This document shows positions 1 through 8,533 of a DNA stretch of 64,000 nt, in pieces. The stretch lies in IMG/VR virus record IMGVR_UViG_3300047469_000103, positions 32,001 to 96,000 of that record. One strand, written 5' to 3'. Both the position numbers and the translations under genes were made by a program. Under the pieces are notes generated by a model. The model worked only from the letters and a program-made list of their open reading frames with translations, was not told where the DNA came from and did no database searches. Position 1 is the stretch's first letter; every line of letters starts with the position of its first letter. This stretch comes from a virus. Its lineage: Duplodnaviria > Caudoviricetes.

Positions 1-2
1 AC

Positions 3-1019
3 AGCATTATCGAGGGCCGTGGCACGCAACAATGGGATATTGCGTGTGTCACAAACCTGATTAAATTCTCGGTGCCGATGTTCCTGCAATTGAACGGTGA
101 AGGTTCTGCGTTCAATGCTTCGATGGTCACTGCGATGATGAATGCAATCGCCCCGTATTTGCTGGATTACAACGGCGCAGACAAGATCGGTGACGACGAC
201 AAAACCGAAGTCGCCAGTACGCAAATGGAATTCATTATGCAGGCGTTGCAAGTCGCCGGTAAAATGCTGGATAAACCTGTTGATTTCACAAAGCATATTG
301 ATTTCGAACCGGTTGATCTGAAAGCTGTGTCTGCCAAGTTTAAAAACCTTGCAGGCGGCGACCGCAACGGTGCCTATATGACTTTCTCCGGTGTGTTGTC
401 CGGTCTGGAAATCAACGGGCAGTCGATCAACATTGCACAAGAAATGGAATTGATTGTCGCGGAAGCGCCAGCCTCGTTCTATGCAATGCCGCGTGAAACA
501 CTGGCAAACCATCACCGGACGATCATTAAAGAACTCGCTAAAATGTCGTCGATGGATACGCTTCTGAAATCCGCAGAAAACATTCTCGATAATACGGAAA
601 TGGTTGAAACGGAAGACGAAGACAGCTACGTCAACGATAACAGCGACATGGGTGATGCTTACCCGGACGATGACGACTACGACGAACTGTTGGAAGCAGC
701 ACAAGATAAAGCCCGCGATAAAGTCGAACGTTTGAATCAAGCAACAGTGGAAACAAACACGAAATGTTTGCGTGCTTTGGAAATGCTGCAAATGCTTATC
801 GGTGAAGACGAAGAGGAAGATGAAGACGACGAAGACGAAGACGAAGATGGTGAAGTGAAATCGAAGCCGCTTGAATTCGGTTATCAGACTCCACAATTCA
901 CCCCGGAAATCTTTGAAGAATATTCGTCTGATATCCTTGAACTGCGTGAGCGGATTAAAGAAGCATTGGCACAACGCTCGGAAGAAGCGGAAGAATACCG
1001 TGACGCTGCCGGGTATTAA
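3..1019 (+). CDS. 5'-truncated acidic hypothetical protein (possible scaffold/head-associated)
   Basis: Frame is open from position 3, upstream of the track start at 72; long D/E runs such as EDEEEDEDDEDEDEDGE. Confidence 0.8.
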   Translation, partial: SIIEGRGTQQWDIACVTNLIKFSVPMFLQLNGEGSAFNASMVTAMMNAIAPYLLDYNGADKIGDDDKTEVASTQMEFIMQALQVAGKMLDKPVDFTKHIDFEPVDLKAVSAKFKNLAGGDRNGAYMTFSGVLSGLEINGQSINIAQEMELIVAEAPASFYAMPRETLANHHRTIIKELAKMSSMDTLLKSAENILDNTEMVETEDEDSYVNDNSDMGDAYPDDDDYDELLEAAQDKARDKVERLNQATVETNTKCLRALEMLQMLIGEDEEEDEDDEDEDEDGEVKSKPLEFGYQTPQFTPEIFEEYSSDILELRERIKEALAQRSEEAEEYRDAAGY

Positions 1020-1022
1020 TAA

Positions 1023-1041
1023 GTAATTTAAAGGTATGACT
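1023..1041 (+). promoter_or_regulatory. putative late-promoter motif GTAATTTAAAGGTATGACT
   Basis: 18/19 identical to the intergenic motif at 11137; core recurs at other gene starts. Confidence 0.5.
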
Positions 1042-1072
1042 AAGCCGGGTGCTGTTTGCCCGGCTTTCTTTT
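1042..1072 (+). terminator. intrinsic terminator-like hairpin
   Basis: AAGCCGGG...CCCGGCTT followed by TCTTTT. Confidence 0.65.
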
Positions 1073-1093
1073 GCCGAATTATGGATAATTATT

Positions 1094-3808
1094 ATGATTC
1101 CTGTGCAGGTTTCCGAAGAGTTTGGGTTTTTGGGCGTTGCAGCGGTATCCCTCCGCTCGACTTTGAAATACCGCCGTAACTGGAATAAAAATGGGCCGAC
1201 CGTTAAACTGCTGCGCAAATTAATGCCGCGTGGTTCGAAAGGTTATCGCGTTTATATGCCAATCGGTGTCAGCCAGAATATGCGCAACGTGATTGTTCCG
1301 TTGCCGGTTCGTTTGGCTGTGAAACAAGCAGGCTTTCGGATTACCGATTACCTCGCCAAGAAGTGCGTAAAAATCTCCGATAAAGAACAGAAAAACGAAT
1401 TCAATATCGGTAAGGTTATCGCGAAAGACCCGGTTGCAAAGGCCGCTTTCGACAATGATCCACAATTGCAAAACAGTTCCACTGCCGAATTCCAATTGGT
1501 TGTTTCGTGCCACCCTTACGACATTATCGGTATGAGTACCGGTCGTAGTTGGGACAACGAAAGCTGCATGCGTCTGCGTGACTACCGACCTGATTCAAAT
1601 GATGGTTCGAATAATCATTATTTGGAAGTCGATATTGCAGAAGGCACATTGGTTGCTTATGCCATTCGTGCGTCTGATACCAACATCGAAAAACCGCTGG
1701 GCCGCTGCCTGTTGAAACCGTTCGTGAGTGAAACCGGCGGTGACGATATTCTGTATCGCCGTGAAACAAAGATTTACGGCAATCCGGTTCCGGGTATGCC
1801 AGAAACACTTAACCGTTTTCTGCGCAAATTAAACGCGGATATTCCAGCGGGCCAATACAAGTTGCACAAAGGTTTGTATAACGACGGCATTCAATACCGT
1901 CACAATCGTGAAGAGTCGGAAGGCGAACGCGATACCGACCAGATTGACTGGACTGTTGTTGACGACGAAGCAACGCTGAAAGAAAAGCCGCATTTGTTTG
2001 CATCGTTGGTCGCTCATTTCCTGAAGAACTACAAAGCCGGTTTGACTGACATTCGTCATTTCATTTCCGTGCTGTTTCACGCATCGAATATGGTGCCTGC
2101 TAAATATCTGCGCCAAGCTGCACGACTGCTTTGCACTGACGATATTGCAAAAGGTTTTATGCAGTTTGTTACTGAAGGCGACGAAGACCAGAACACCATT
2201 CTGGCTGGTTACTATTTGCGTAACCCGGAATTCCGCCGCCTGTGTGCGCAGCATATTCCAGAAGGCGTGGACGCTGCCTATTCCCGCGTGCTGAGTTTCG
2301 TTAGTCCGAAATTCGATGCTGCAATTCTGAAAGGTATTCCAAACAATGTGGATGCTCACATTCTTTCGGCGTATCAAATTCTGACTGGCATGATGCAACT
2401 GAGTCCGAAGAGCATTGAATCGCGACCAGACCTGCACCGAATTATTTATCTGTTCGCCCGTCTGGCCCGTGACGCTTCGATTTTCGATATGCGTGCGTAT
2501 CAGGAACCAGCGCATCAAATTCTGGCAACATCTACTGTCAACAAAGAAGAAATTCCGTTGGTAGAAGTTGTTAAAGTTGCCGAGTTTTTGGTCGGTGAAC
2601 CTGACACGATGCTGATGGCCGCAACGTGGATGCTGGAATACATGAAGACCGGCGATTTTAAACGCGCCGAAGTCGTTGCCGCGTATATCTCTCCGCACGG
2701 TTTTGAAGACCTGTTGAAAGAACGGAAATTGCGTCGTCGTTTCTTGGGCGGTAAAGGCATTCCAGAAAGCACAATGAAACAAATCAACATTGCTGTTTGT
2801 GCATTGCTGGATAATAACCAAGACGAAGACACGGCAACCACTCGTGATTTGCTCGCGCACATTGCGAAGACGCCATTCAACGCCGTTAACGTCAGTTCCT
2901 ATAACCGTTTGGTAAATGCTCACCCTGAGACTTTCCCGAATGTTTACTACACTGATGCCAACACGATGGATCGTTACACAATTAACGAAATGGTTTACTA
3001 CGTGCCGTCGTATGAAGTCAGTATTAACATTCGTGATGGCGAGCCACTTCCGGCACCGGTAAACGAATGGCAAGCGCGCACGTGGGAAATTGCAGGCACG
3101 TTAATGCACGTTAGCGCCCTCGCGACAAAGAGCGCACAGGAAGCTTTGCCTGTGTCGGAAACCGTGATGGAAATTCTTGAAAAAGAAGGCGGCGATATTC
3201 CACAACTGGCGCGTATGGAAATCGACATTAAAAAGCATCCGCGACTGTTCAACGGAAACACGGTCAAGTACATGATGCCGTTTGATTTTATCGGCAACGA
3301 TAACGGCGAAGCATTCATGGAACGCAGCACACGCGGCGACATTGATAACTTTGTAAAAATCATGGAAACCGTTTTCGAGAACGCCGGTAAAATGGGCATT
3401 TACATGCCGTACACCGACCCGAACTATACCCGCGTGCCTAGCGACGTGATGTTTATTACGGTGGTTAGTAATGTTGCTAAAAACGAAACCCCGGACAAGG
3501 CACAAGCGCTGTTGAATTCGTGCCTTAAATACATTCGAACATATCAGGCGTTTATCGACACACTGCCAGCCATCGGCCCCGGCTTTGTAGATCGTTGGGT
3601 TGAAAAACTCTCGATGTATTCTGCAAAAGAAGTGAACGATTGGAGTATCCACATTGCAGGCTTCCAAAAGAAAATGTTGGACGATCCTAAAACGCTGATT
3701 GCCGGTATCAAACTGCTGACGTATATGTGCAGTATGAAAGGCGGGAATAAAGGATGGCAACTCGACATTTCCGATGTGCCTGCTGATTGGCAAATGAACG
3801 ACGACTAA
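1094..3808 (+). CDS. large hypothetical protein (904 aa), probable virion-internal protein
   Basis: Long ORF; start moved to ATG 1094 downstream of the terminator; N-terminal motif HPYDIIGMSTGRSWDNESCM. Confidence 0.8.
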   Translation: MIPVQVSEEFGFLGVAAVSLRSTLKYRRNWNKNGPTVKLLRKLMPRGSKGYRVYMPIGVSQNMRNVIVPLPVRLAVKQAGFRITDYLAKKCVKISDKEQKNEFNIGKVIAKDPVAKAAFDNDPQLQNSSTAEFQLVVSCHPYDIIGMSTGRSWDNESCMRLRDYRPDSNDGSNNHYLEVDIAEGTLVAYAIRASDTNIEKPLGRCLLKPFVSETGGDDILYRRETKIYGNPVPGMPETLNRFLRKLNADIPAGQYKLHKGLYNDGIQYRHNREESEGERDTDQIDWTVVDDEATLKEKPHLFASLVAHFLKNYKAGLTDIRHFISVLFHASNMVPAKYLRQAARLLCTDDIAKGFMQFVTEGDEDQNTILAGYYLRNPEFRRLCAQHIPEGVDAAYSRVLSFVSPKFDAAILKGIPNNVDAHILSAYQILTGMMQLSPKSIESRPDLHRIIYLFARLARDASIFDMRAYQEPAHQILATSTVNKEEIPLVEVVKVAEFLVGEPDTMLMAATWMLEYMKTGDFKRAEVVAAYISPHGFEDLLKERKLRRRFLGGKGIPESTMKQINIAVCALLDNNQDEDTATTRDLLAHIAKTPFNAVNVSSYNRLVNAHPETFPNVYYTDANTMDRYTINEMVYYVPSYEVSINIRDGEPLPAPVNEWQARTWEIAGTLMHVSALATKSAQEALPVSETVMEILEKEGGDIPQLARMEIDIKKHPRLFNGNTVKYMMPFDFIGNDNGEAFMERSTRGDIDNFVKIMETVFENAGKMGIYMPYTDPNYTRVPSDVMFITVVSNVAKNETPDKAQALLNSCLKYIRTYQAFIDTLPAIGPGFVDRWVEKLSMYSAKEVNDWSIHIAGFQKKMLDDPKTLIAGIKLLTYMCSMKGGNKGWQLDISDVPADWQMNDD

Positions 3809-3821
3809 TCGGTGACAATAA

Positions 3822-4046
3822 GTGAAAATAATTCTGTCGTTGGCTAAATCGGGAAGTCCCGACCGTTGGGACGCCTTGCCCTATATCAGTTTCGACAACG
3901 CGAAAGAAGGCAAGCGCCTGACAGCTAAAGGCAAAAAAGGTAAAAAGAAAGGGCGTAAAAAGAAAGCTGATGGCCTTCTCGATACGCCCCTTAAAGGTGC
4001 GGAAACCGTTATCTCAAACGTACCCGACCGCGTTAGATTTTCTTGA
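3822..4046 (+). CDS. small Lys-rich protein
   Basis: GTG start; MKIILSLAK N-terminus; KGKKGKKKGRKKK tract. Confidence 0.7.
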   Translation: MKIILSLAKSGSPDRWDALPYISFDNAKEGKRLTAKGKKGKKKGRKKKADGLLDTPLKGAETVISNVPDRVRFS

Positions 4047-4053
4047 GGTTCAC

Positions 4054-4314
4054 ATGGCAAAACTGTCGATTAATCTACAGGGCAGAGCGGCACGTGGAAC
4101 AGACAGCACGGAACACGGCGGCACGCGCCTTTCCACATGGGAAGACGACGATAAACTGGCCGGGAACCTGCCGAAATCCAAAGTGAAAACTTTGCTCAAA
4201 AACCAGAAGAACGTACAAAACCAAAGCGCTGTTATGCCTCACGATTACGTGGACAAAATGCACATTTCGAAATCGAATTGGCTGAGTCGGCATGAACAGA
4301 GTACGCCGCGATGA
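4054..4314 (+). CDS. small basic hypothetical protein
   Basis: GAGG RBS before ATG 4054 (track start 3970 overlaps the previous gene); ATGA overlap with the next gene. Confidence 0.75.
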   Translation: MAKLSINLQGRAARGTDSTEHGGTRLSTWEDDDKLAGNLPKSKVKTLLKNQKNVQNQSAVMPHDYVDKMHISKSNWLSRHEQSTPR

Positions 4315-4973
4315 AAATACGAATTAACCTTGATGTGTTCAAGGACTTACCGACTGACGTGCGCAAGCTTAGCAATTCGCAAGGTGCTGAATTCGGTGAC
4401 GTATTGGCCGACCTTGCAAAGCGTGGTTTACATCGCCACGGAAAAGCTCGCGACCATTTTGAAGTGGAAGAAGACGAACGCGATGCCGCTGTTTATCCAG
4501 ACGATGGATTTAATGGTGACGCATTCGACGTTGTGTATTCACGCCGCGACGAAGAACAATCAACGGCCTGCAATTTCTGCTTGTCGATTGCAGGTTTTGA
4601 AAAGCCACGCGTAAAAGGAATTGGTGAAGACGGTTTCCGCGCAATTCTCAATGAAGAGCGCGCACGCCGGGGCTTAGAGGCATTTGCTGCTGATAAAGTA
4701 CCGCCACCATCGAAAGCCGAACACGCAAAACACCGGGCGAAAGTGGACAACAGCGCACAGATTAAAAAAGCTCAAGATAACAAGATGAAAAAGCAGGCCA
4801 GTCTTCAGGCTATGCAGACGCGTCTTCGCAAAATGAGCAAGCGTCCAACCAATCCCGAACAAGCGAAAGTGTGGGCGGATCGCCGTCAAGCTTTGATGGA
4901 TAAAATCAAGGAACAACGCGACTCTATTCGGTTCACTGATTCGCGCATTGCGAAAATGAGGTCAACCGAATGA
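4311..4973 (+). CDS. hypothetical protein with basic coiled-coil C-terminus
   Basis: ORF coupled by 4-nt overlaps on both sides. Confidence 0.8.
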   Translation: MKIRINLDVFKDLPTDVRKLSNSQGAEFGDVLADLAKRGLHRHGKARDHFEVEEDERDAAVYPDDGFNGDAFDVVYSRRDEEQSTACNFCLSIAGFEKPRVKGIGEDGFRAILNEERARRGLEAFAADKVPPPSKAEHAKHRAKVDNSAQIKKAQDNKMKKQASLQAMQTRLRKMSKRPTNPEQAKVWADRRQALMDKIKEQRDSIRFTDSRIAKMRSTE

Positions 4974-5350
4974 ATATTGCTATCAGGATTTCGCCGTCGG
5001 GTTTGGAATACAGCACGTTGTCGAACCTTGGCAATATGCTGAAAGAATTCATGCCCGATTGGGACGTGACGTATGCGTCGTGCATGGTGCCTTACGAATT
5101 GCGTAGTTTCTTTTTGGAAGGCCGCACATTTGTACGCGCCACGTACACAATGAAAAAGTACGACAAAGCGCTTTTCATTCACGTGGATTTCAAGACTCCA
5201 ATTGAAATCTATATCATTCATCAAATAGGTTTGGAAAATATTGCTCGGCGCGTCTACACCATTGATCGCTCCGACAGCCTTGCGTTGTTCCGCATAATTA
5301 CTTCCGAACTGGAGAACACTATCAATGGCGACTTCAAGAACATCGAGTAA
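4970..5350 (+). CDS. hypothetical protein
   Basis: ORF coupled to the upstream gene. Confidence 0.7.
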   Translation: MNIAIRISPSGLEYSTLSNLGNMLKEFMPDWDVTYASCMVPYELRSFFLEGRTFVRATYTMKKYDKALFIHVDFKTPIEIYIIHQIGLENIARRVYTIDRSDSLALFRIITSELENTINGDFKNIE

Positions 5351-5798
5351 ACCGAGAAAGCCTCGGAAAACAAAACCGAAATCTGCAATCAAGAAAACGG
5401 TCAAGAAGTCGGGCGCCAAGAAAGCTAAAGTGAGTCCGGTAGCATCGCGGGCACGCAAGCTTGGCTTGGAAAGTATGGGTTATGGTCGATGGGGAAAGAT
5501 GGGGCGAATTACGCACCGGACTGTCGGCGGTAAATTGGAAGCTGTGAAAGACAGCAAACTGAATCGGGTTAAAACCCGTGAAGGGAAGGCGAAAGCCACA
5601 AGCATTCTGTCGAAAATGGCGAACGAACATACGCAGAAACTTGTGAAAATTCGTATGGCTATTAAGAAAGCAGAAGGCCGAGGTGATGACGATAAAGTCA
5701 AGCAACTCAAGCAGATGCTGGAACGTAGCCAGAAAGAAATGCAGAAAGCAAAAGAGCGTTTGGTTGCACTCAATGCTCGCAAGAAAAAAGCAGCATAA
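5325..5798 (+). CDS. highly basic histone-like/DNA-condensing protein
   Basis: K/R-rich termini (KPRKPRKTKPKSAIKKTVKK) around a central LGLESMGYGRWG domain; followed by a terminator. Confidence 0.75.
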   Translation: MATSRTSSKPRKPRKTKPKSAIKKTVKKSGAKKAKVSPVASRARKLGLESMGYGRWGKMGRITHRTVGGKLEAVKDSKLNRVKTREGKAKATSILSKMANEHTQKLVKIRMAIKKAEGRGDDDKVKQLKQMLERSQKEMQKAKERLVALNARKKKAA

Positions 5799-5845
5799 AA
5801 AAAAGGCCCATTTCCGTAATTGGATTTGGGCCTTTTTTCGTTTCA
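5797..5845. terminator. bidirectional terminator, copy 1 of a conserved element
   Basis: A8-GGCCCA-TT-TCC-GTAATT-GGA-TT-TGGGCC-T6 between convergent genes. Confidence 0.85.
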
Positions 5846-6121
5846 TACACCCGGACGCCAAGCATCCAGATTAATGTGTCGCTCGTATCCGCGATAACCA
5901 TCACGCGCATGCACGTAGACATGGGCCACCAACAACGTCAGCGGGAAATTGTGTTCGCCCGTAATAAACGTGTGGCGCTTCCAGTCAACGAAACGGTCAA
6001 TTTCAAACATGCGATCAAATACAAATTGTTCGCCGCGAAATGTAACCGTCTCGTTTGCCAACATGCGCAGGAAATCATCACGAAAAGAACCGTCAGGATT
6101 TACCACAGTCAGCAGGCGCAT
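5843..6121 (-). CDS. hypothetical protein
   Basis: Start MRLLTVV overlaps the DHFR stop (TAATG). Confidence 0.65.
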   Translation of the reverse strand: MRLLTVVNPDGSFRDDFLRMLANETVTFRGEQFVFDRMFEIDRFVDWKRHTFITGEHNFPLTLLVAHVYVHARDGYRGYERHINLDAWRPGV

Positions 6122-6684
6122 TAGAAATTCACCGCACAACCGAAATCAATTGCAGGGCCATTCGGCGGCGTCTGTAAACTGGTGTCGATGTAGAACTGAC
6201 GCACGCGATAGGTCATGCTTTCTTCGACAACTTCCGAATGGAAAGAATAACGTTCCAAAAATGCGTGAACATCGTCGGACATAAACGTGTCGCACGGGCC
6301 GGTATAGGTGTTCGTTTTCAGCGTGGTGACGCGGGCGATATCCAGATACGGCAGAACGCTTTCGATCAGTGCTGCGCCACCGATTACCGACATGAATTGG
6401 TAGCCTTTGCTTTCTGCCAAATCAATTGCCATGTCGAAATCACTCACGAAATAAACGTCTTCAAATTTCCAATCTTGAGGACGTGTAGTCATGACGATAT
6501 TCAGACGACCGGGCAACGGTTTACAATCCAGCGATTCAAAAGTGCGTGCGCCCATAACAACCGCAGTGCCGCGTGTGGATCGCTTAAACCCTGCAAGCTC
6601 GCCGGGAACGTGCCACGCCATCTTGCCATTCAGACCAATACCACGGTCAACGTTTTCCGCCCAAATTGCTCCGATTCTTACCAT
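6121..6684 (-). CDS. folA: dihydrofolate reductase
   Basis: AENVDRGIGLNGKMAWHVPGELAGFK, VMGARTFES, KPLPGRLNIV and VIGGAALI motifs. Confidence 0.95.
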   Translation of the reverse strand: MVRIGAIWAENVDRGIGLNGKMAWHVPGELAGFKRSTRGTAVVMGARTFESLDCKPLPGRLNIVMTTRPQDWKFEDVYFVSDFDMAIDLAESKGYQFMSVIGGAALIESVLPYLDIARVTTLKTNTYTGPCDTFMSDDVHAFLERYSFHSEVVEESMTYRVRQFYIDTSLQTPPNGPAIDFGCAVNF

Positions 6685-6974
6685 AGCAGCGACACGTCCA
6701 TATTTGCAGTGAGGTAGGTTTTTGCAATGCGCTCGTGCTGAATGTTTACGTGAACAGTTCCGCGCACATAATGCGGCGGCACGTGCTTCGGTTCGATGAA
6801 ACTGTCACCGAAATGTTTACGCAATTTCTTCATGATTTCAGGATTACCGAACAACGTCACGCGCAACGTCTTGTCTTCGATTGCGGCCTGAATCATTTGT
6901 GCGCCGGGGAGCCGCTGCTTCTGGTGCTTGTGCAGCGCGTTAATGTCGAGACTTGCGGCGTTATCTGATTCCAT
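6678..6974 (-). CDS. hypothetical protein
   Basis: ORF overlapping both neighbours in the operon. Confidence 0.7.
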   Translation of the reverse strand: MESDNAASLDINALHKHQKQRLPGAQMIQAAIEDKTLRVTLFGNPEIMKKLRKHFGDSFIEPKHVPPHYVRGTVHVNIQHERIAKTYLTANMDVSLLW

Positions 6975-7233
6975 TTGCTTCCCAAAATCCTGATTGTTTT
7001 TTGAAGGTGTCGGGCACGTCGGCTTCGACTTCGAAATGCAGCGGGCCTTTCTCTTTCATCATGGTGATATAAGAATCGAAAGAACCGATTTTCTTGTTAT
7101 CGCCCGGACGGCAAACCTGTACGATTTGTTCTTCGTCGCATTCCGGCAATTTCAGGCCGAGGTCGTGAAACCATGCGATATGGCCGATGGAAAGTGCGGT
7201 GCCGGTTGCGTCATTGACTGCGTAAACTTTCAT
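6961..7233 (-). CDS. hypothetical protein
   Basis: Start MKVYAV coupled to the upstream stop (TAATG). Confidence 0.7.
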   Translation of the reverse strand: MKVYAVNDATGTALSIGHIAWFHDLGLKLPECDEEQIVQVCRPGDNKKIGSFDSYITMMKEKGPLHFEVEADVPDTFKKQSGFWEANGIR

Positions 7234-7553
7234 TATTCCAATTCCTTCAATGCGTCGAGTGCTACCCGATTCAGGTAAGAACAAAGCATGATGTTGTGAG
7301 TGCGTCCGCGTGACCGGGTATTTTCTGTAATCACCGGTACGCCATTAAACCAGCCGAGAAAATGCAGGATCGTGCGATCATCTGGCGTAAACATTGCGTG
7401 CTTTACAATTTGTGGCAATAGCACGTGGTCAGCCGGAACCAGCATGACTGAATAAGTTCCCCGGCCACACTCTTCGATTACGTGCTGCGAGGGGAATTTA
7501 AACACGTGCATATAAGCCAGCGTGTTGTCGTAGATTTTATCGAGCAGCGTCAT
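7233..7553 (-). CDS. small protein with capsid A-domain-like motif
   Basis: VMLVP...FLGWFNGVPVITEN; weak paralogue of the 7808 and 8526 ORFs. Confidence 0.6.
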   Translation of the reverse strand: MTLLDKIYDNTLAYMHVFKFPSQHVIEECGRGTYSVMLVPADHVLLPQIVKHAMFTPDDRTILHFLGWFNGVPVITENTRSRGRTHNIMLCSYLNRVALDALKELE

Positions 7554-7807
7554 TCTTGTGCATCCACGTCGATTACTTTGCCACCCTCATAAGTCATAAG
7601 CAGGCGCGGTTGTTTGGTACGGAAAAGCGTTCCATTAATCGTGAACTCTTTTTGTCGCAACAGGCTTTCTTTCTGCGCCAGCATGAACATGCCTTTCGGC
7701 CAGATATTCAGGTAGAGGATTTCTGCCTCGTAGGATTCGGGCAAATCAACTTCCTTCGGGTTGAAGATATAGTTCGTTAAAAACTTACTTGGTTTGCCCG
7801 TTCCCAT
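7550..7807 (-). CDS. hypothetical protein
   Basis: Tightly packed ORF in the operon. Confidence 0.7.
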   Translation of the reverse strand: MGTGKPSKFLTNYIFNPKEVDLPESYEAEILYLNIWPKGMFMLAQKESLLRQKEFTINGTLFRTKQPRLLMTYEGGKVIDVDAQE

Positions 7808-8533
7808 TTATGCGCTCACTTTTTCCAGTTCAAGATAGATCAGGCTGTTTTTGTCGCGCAGACCTTCCACCAAAAACGCATCGGTATAAACCGGCACGCC
7901 TCGGTAAAGTCCGTGGTGGCCGTCCAACTGCGAAGCCGGATCGTGATTAACCACGTATTCGTTTTCACGCGTGGTCACAATCCACAGATAGAACGCCGCC
8001 CAATAACGCGCAGGCATCGACAGGGATTTAACCTGAGTTTCACGCGTGTTGTGTTTGTACCATGCGCCCAAGAAATCCAACTCATTGAATTCTGGAATGT
8101 CGATTTCCGCGCCGATACCTTCGCTGCGATTCACGCGGAAATAAGGACAGCGGCTGTGTTCCAGTTCGCGCATGTACTCGCCATCCATTTGTGCAAAATG
8201 AATAAGCGTATTTTCTGGATAGCTTTTATCCGGGTGTGCGTAAACGTCGGAGAAAACCATTGCACTGCCGACCTTGCCGACCACGCCGCCTTTCATGTTG
8301 CCTTCAGTCATTGGCAACGCTGTGAAAAACCCGATTTTTGAACTCGCATGGGCCAGACCGTTTTCCATCAACCAAATCCAGTATTTACGAGGGACAACCA
8401 CGTATGCACTTACAGCCGCATCAAGCAGGAATTCTTCAATTGCTGTTTTCGGGTGCATCAACGGGTTAGAAACCCGGCCATCACGAGGCACGTCCCAATA
8501 GTTAAAACGTTCCTGCAAAGATTTCTCAGACAT
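7808..8533 (-). CDS. protein with two tandem capsid A-domain-like repeats
   Basis: YVVVPRKYW...GGVVGKVGSAMVFSD and LSMPARYW...GHHGLYRGVPVYTDAFL. Confidence 0.7.
   Translation of the reverse strand: MSEKSLQERFNYWDVPRDGRVSNPLMHPKTAIEEFLLDAAVSAYVVVPRKYWIWLMENGLAHASSKIGFFTALPMTEGNMKGGVVGKVGSAMVFSDVYAHPDKSYPENTLIHFAQMDGEYMRELEHSRCPYFRVNRSEGIGAEIDIPEFNELDFLGAWYKHNTRETQVKSLSMPARYWAAFYLWIVTTRENEYVVNHDPASQLDGHHGLYRGVPVYTDAFLVEGLRDKNSLIYLELEKVSA

Noticed and set aside
1036-1179. 47-codon ORF starting in the GGTATGACT motif (and a 21-codon equivalent at 11150)
   Set aside because: No spaced RBS; runs through a terminator and overlaps the next gene
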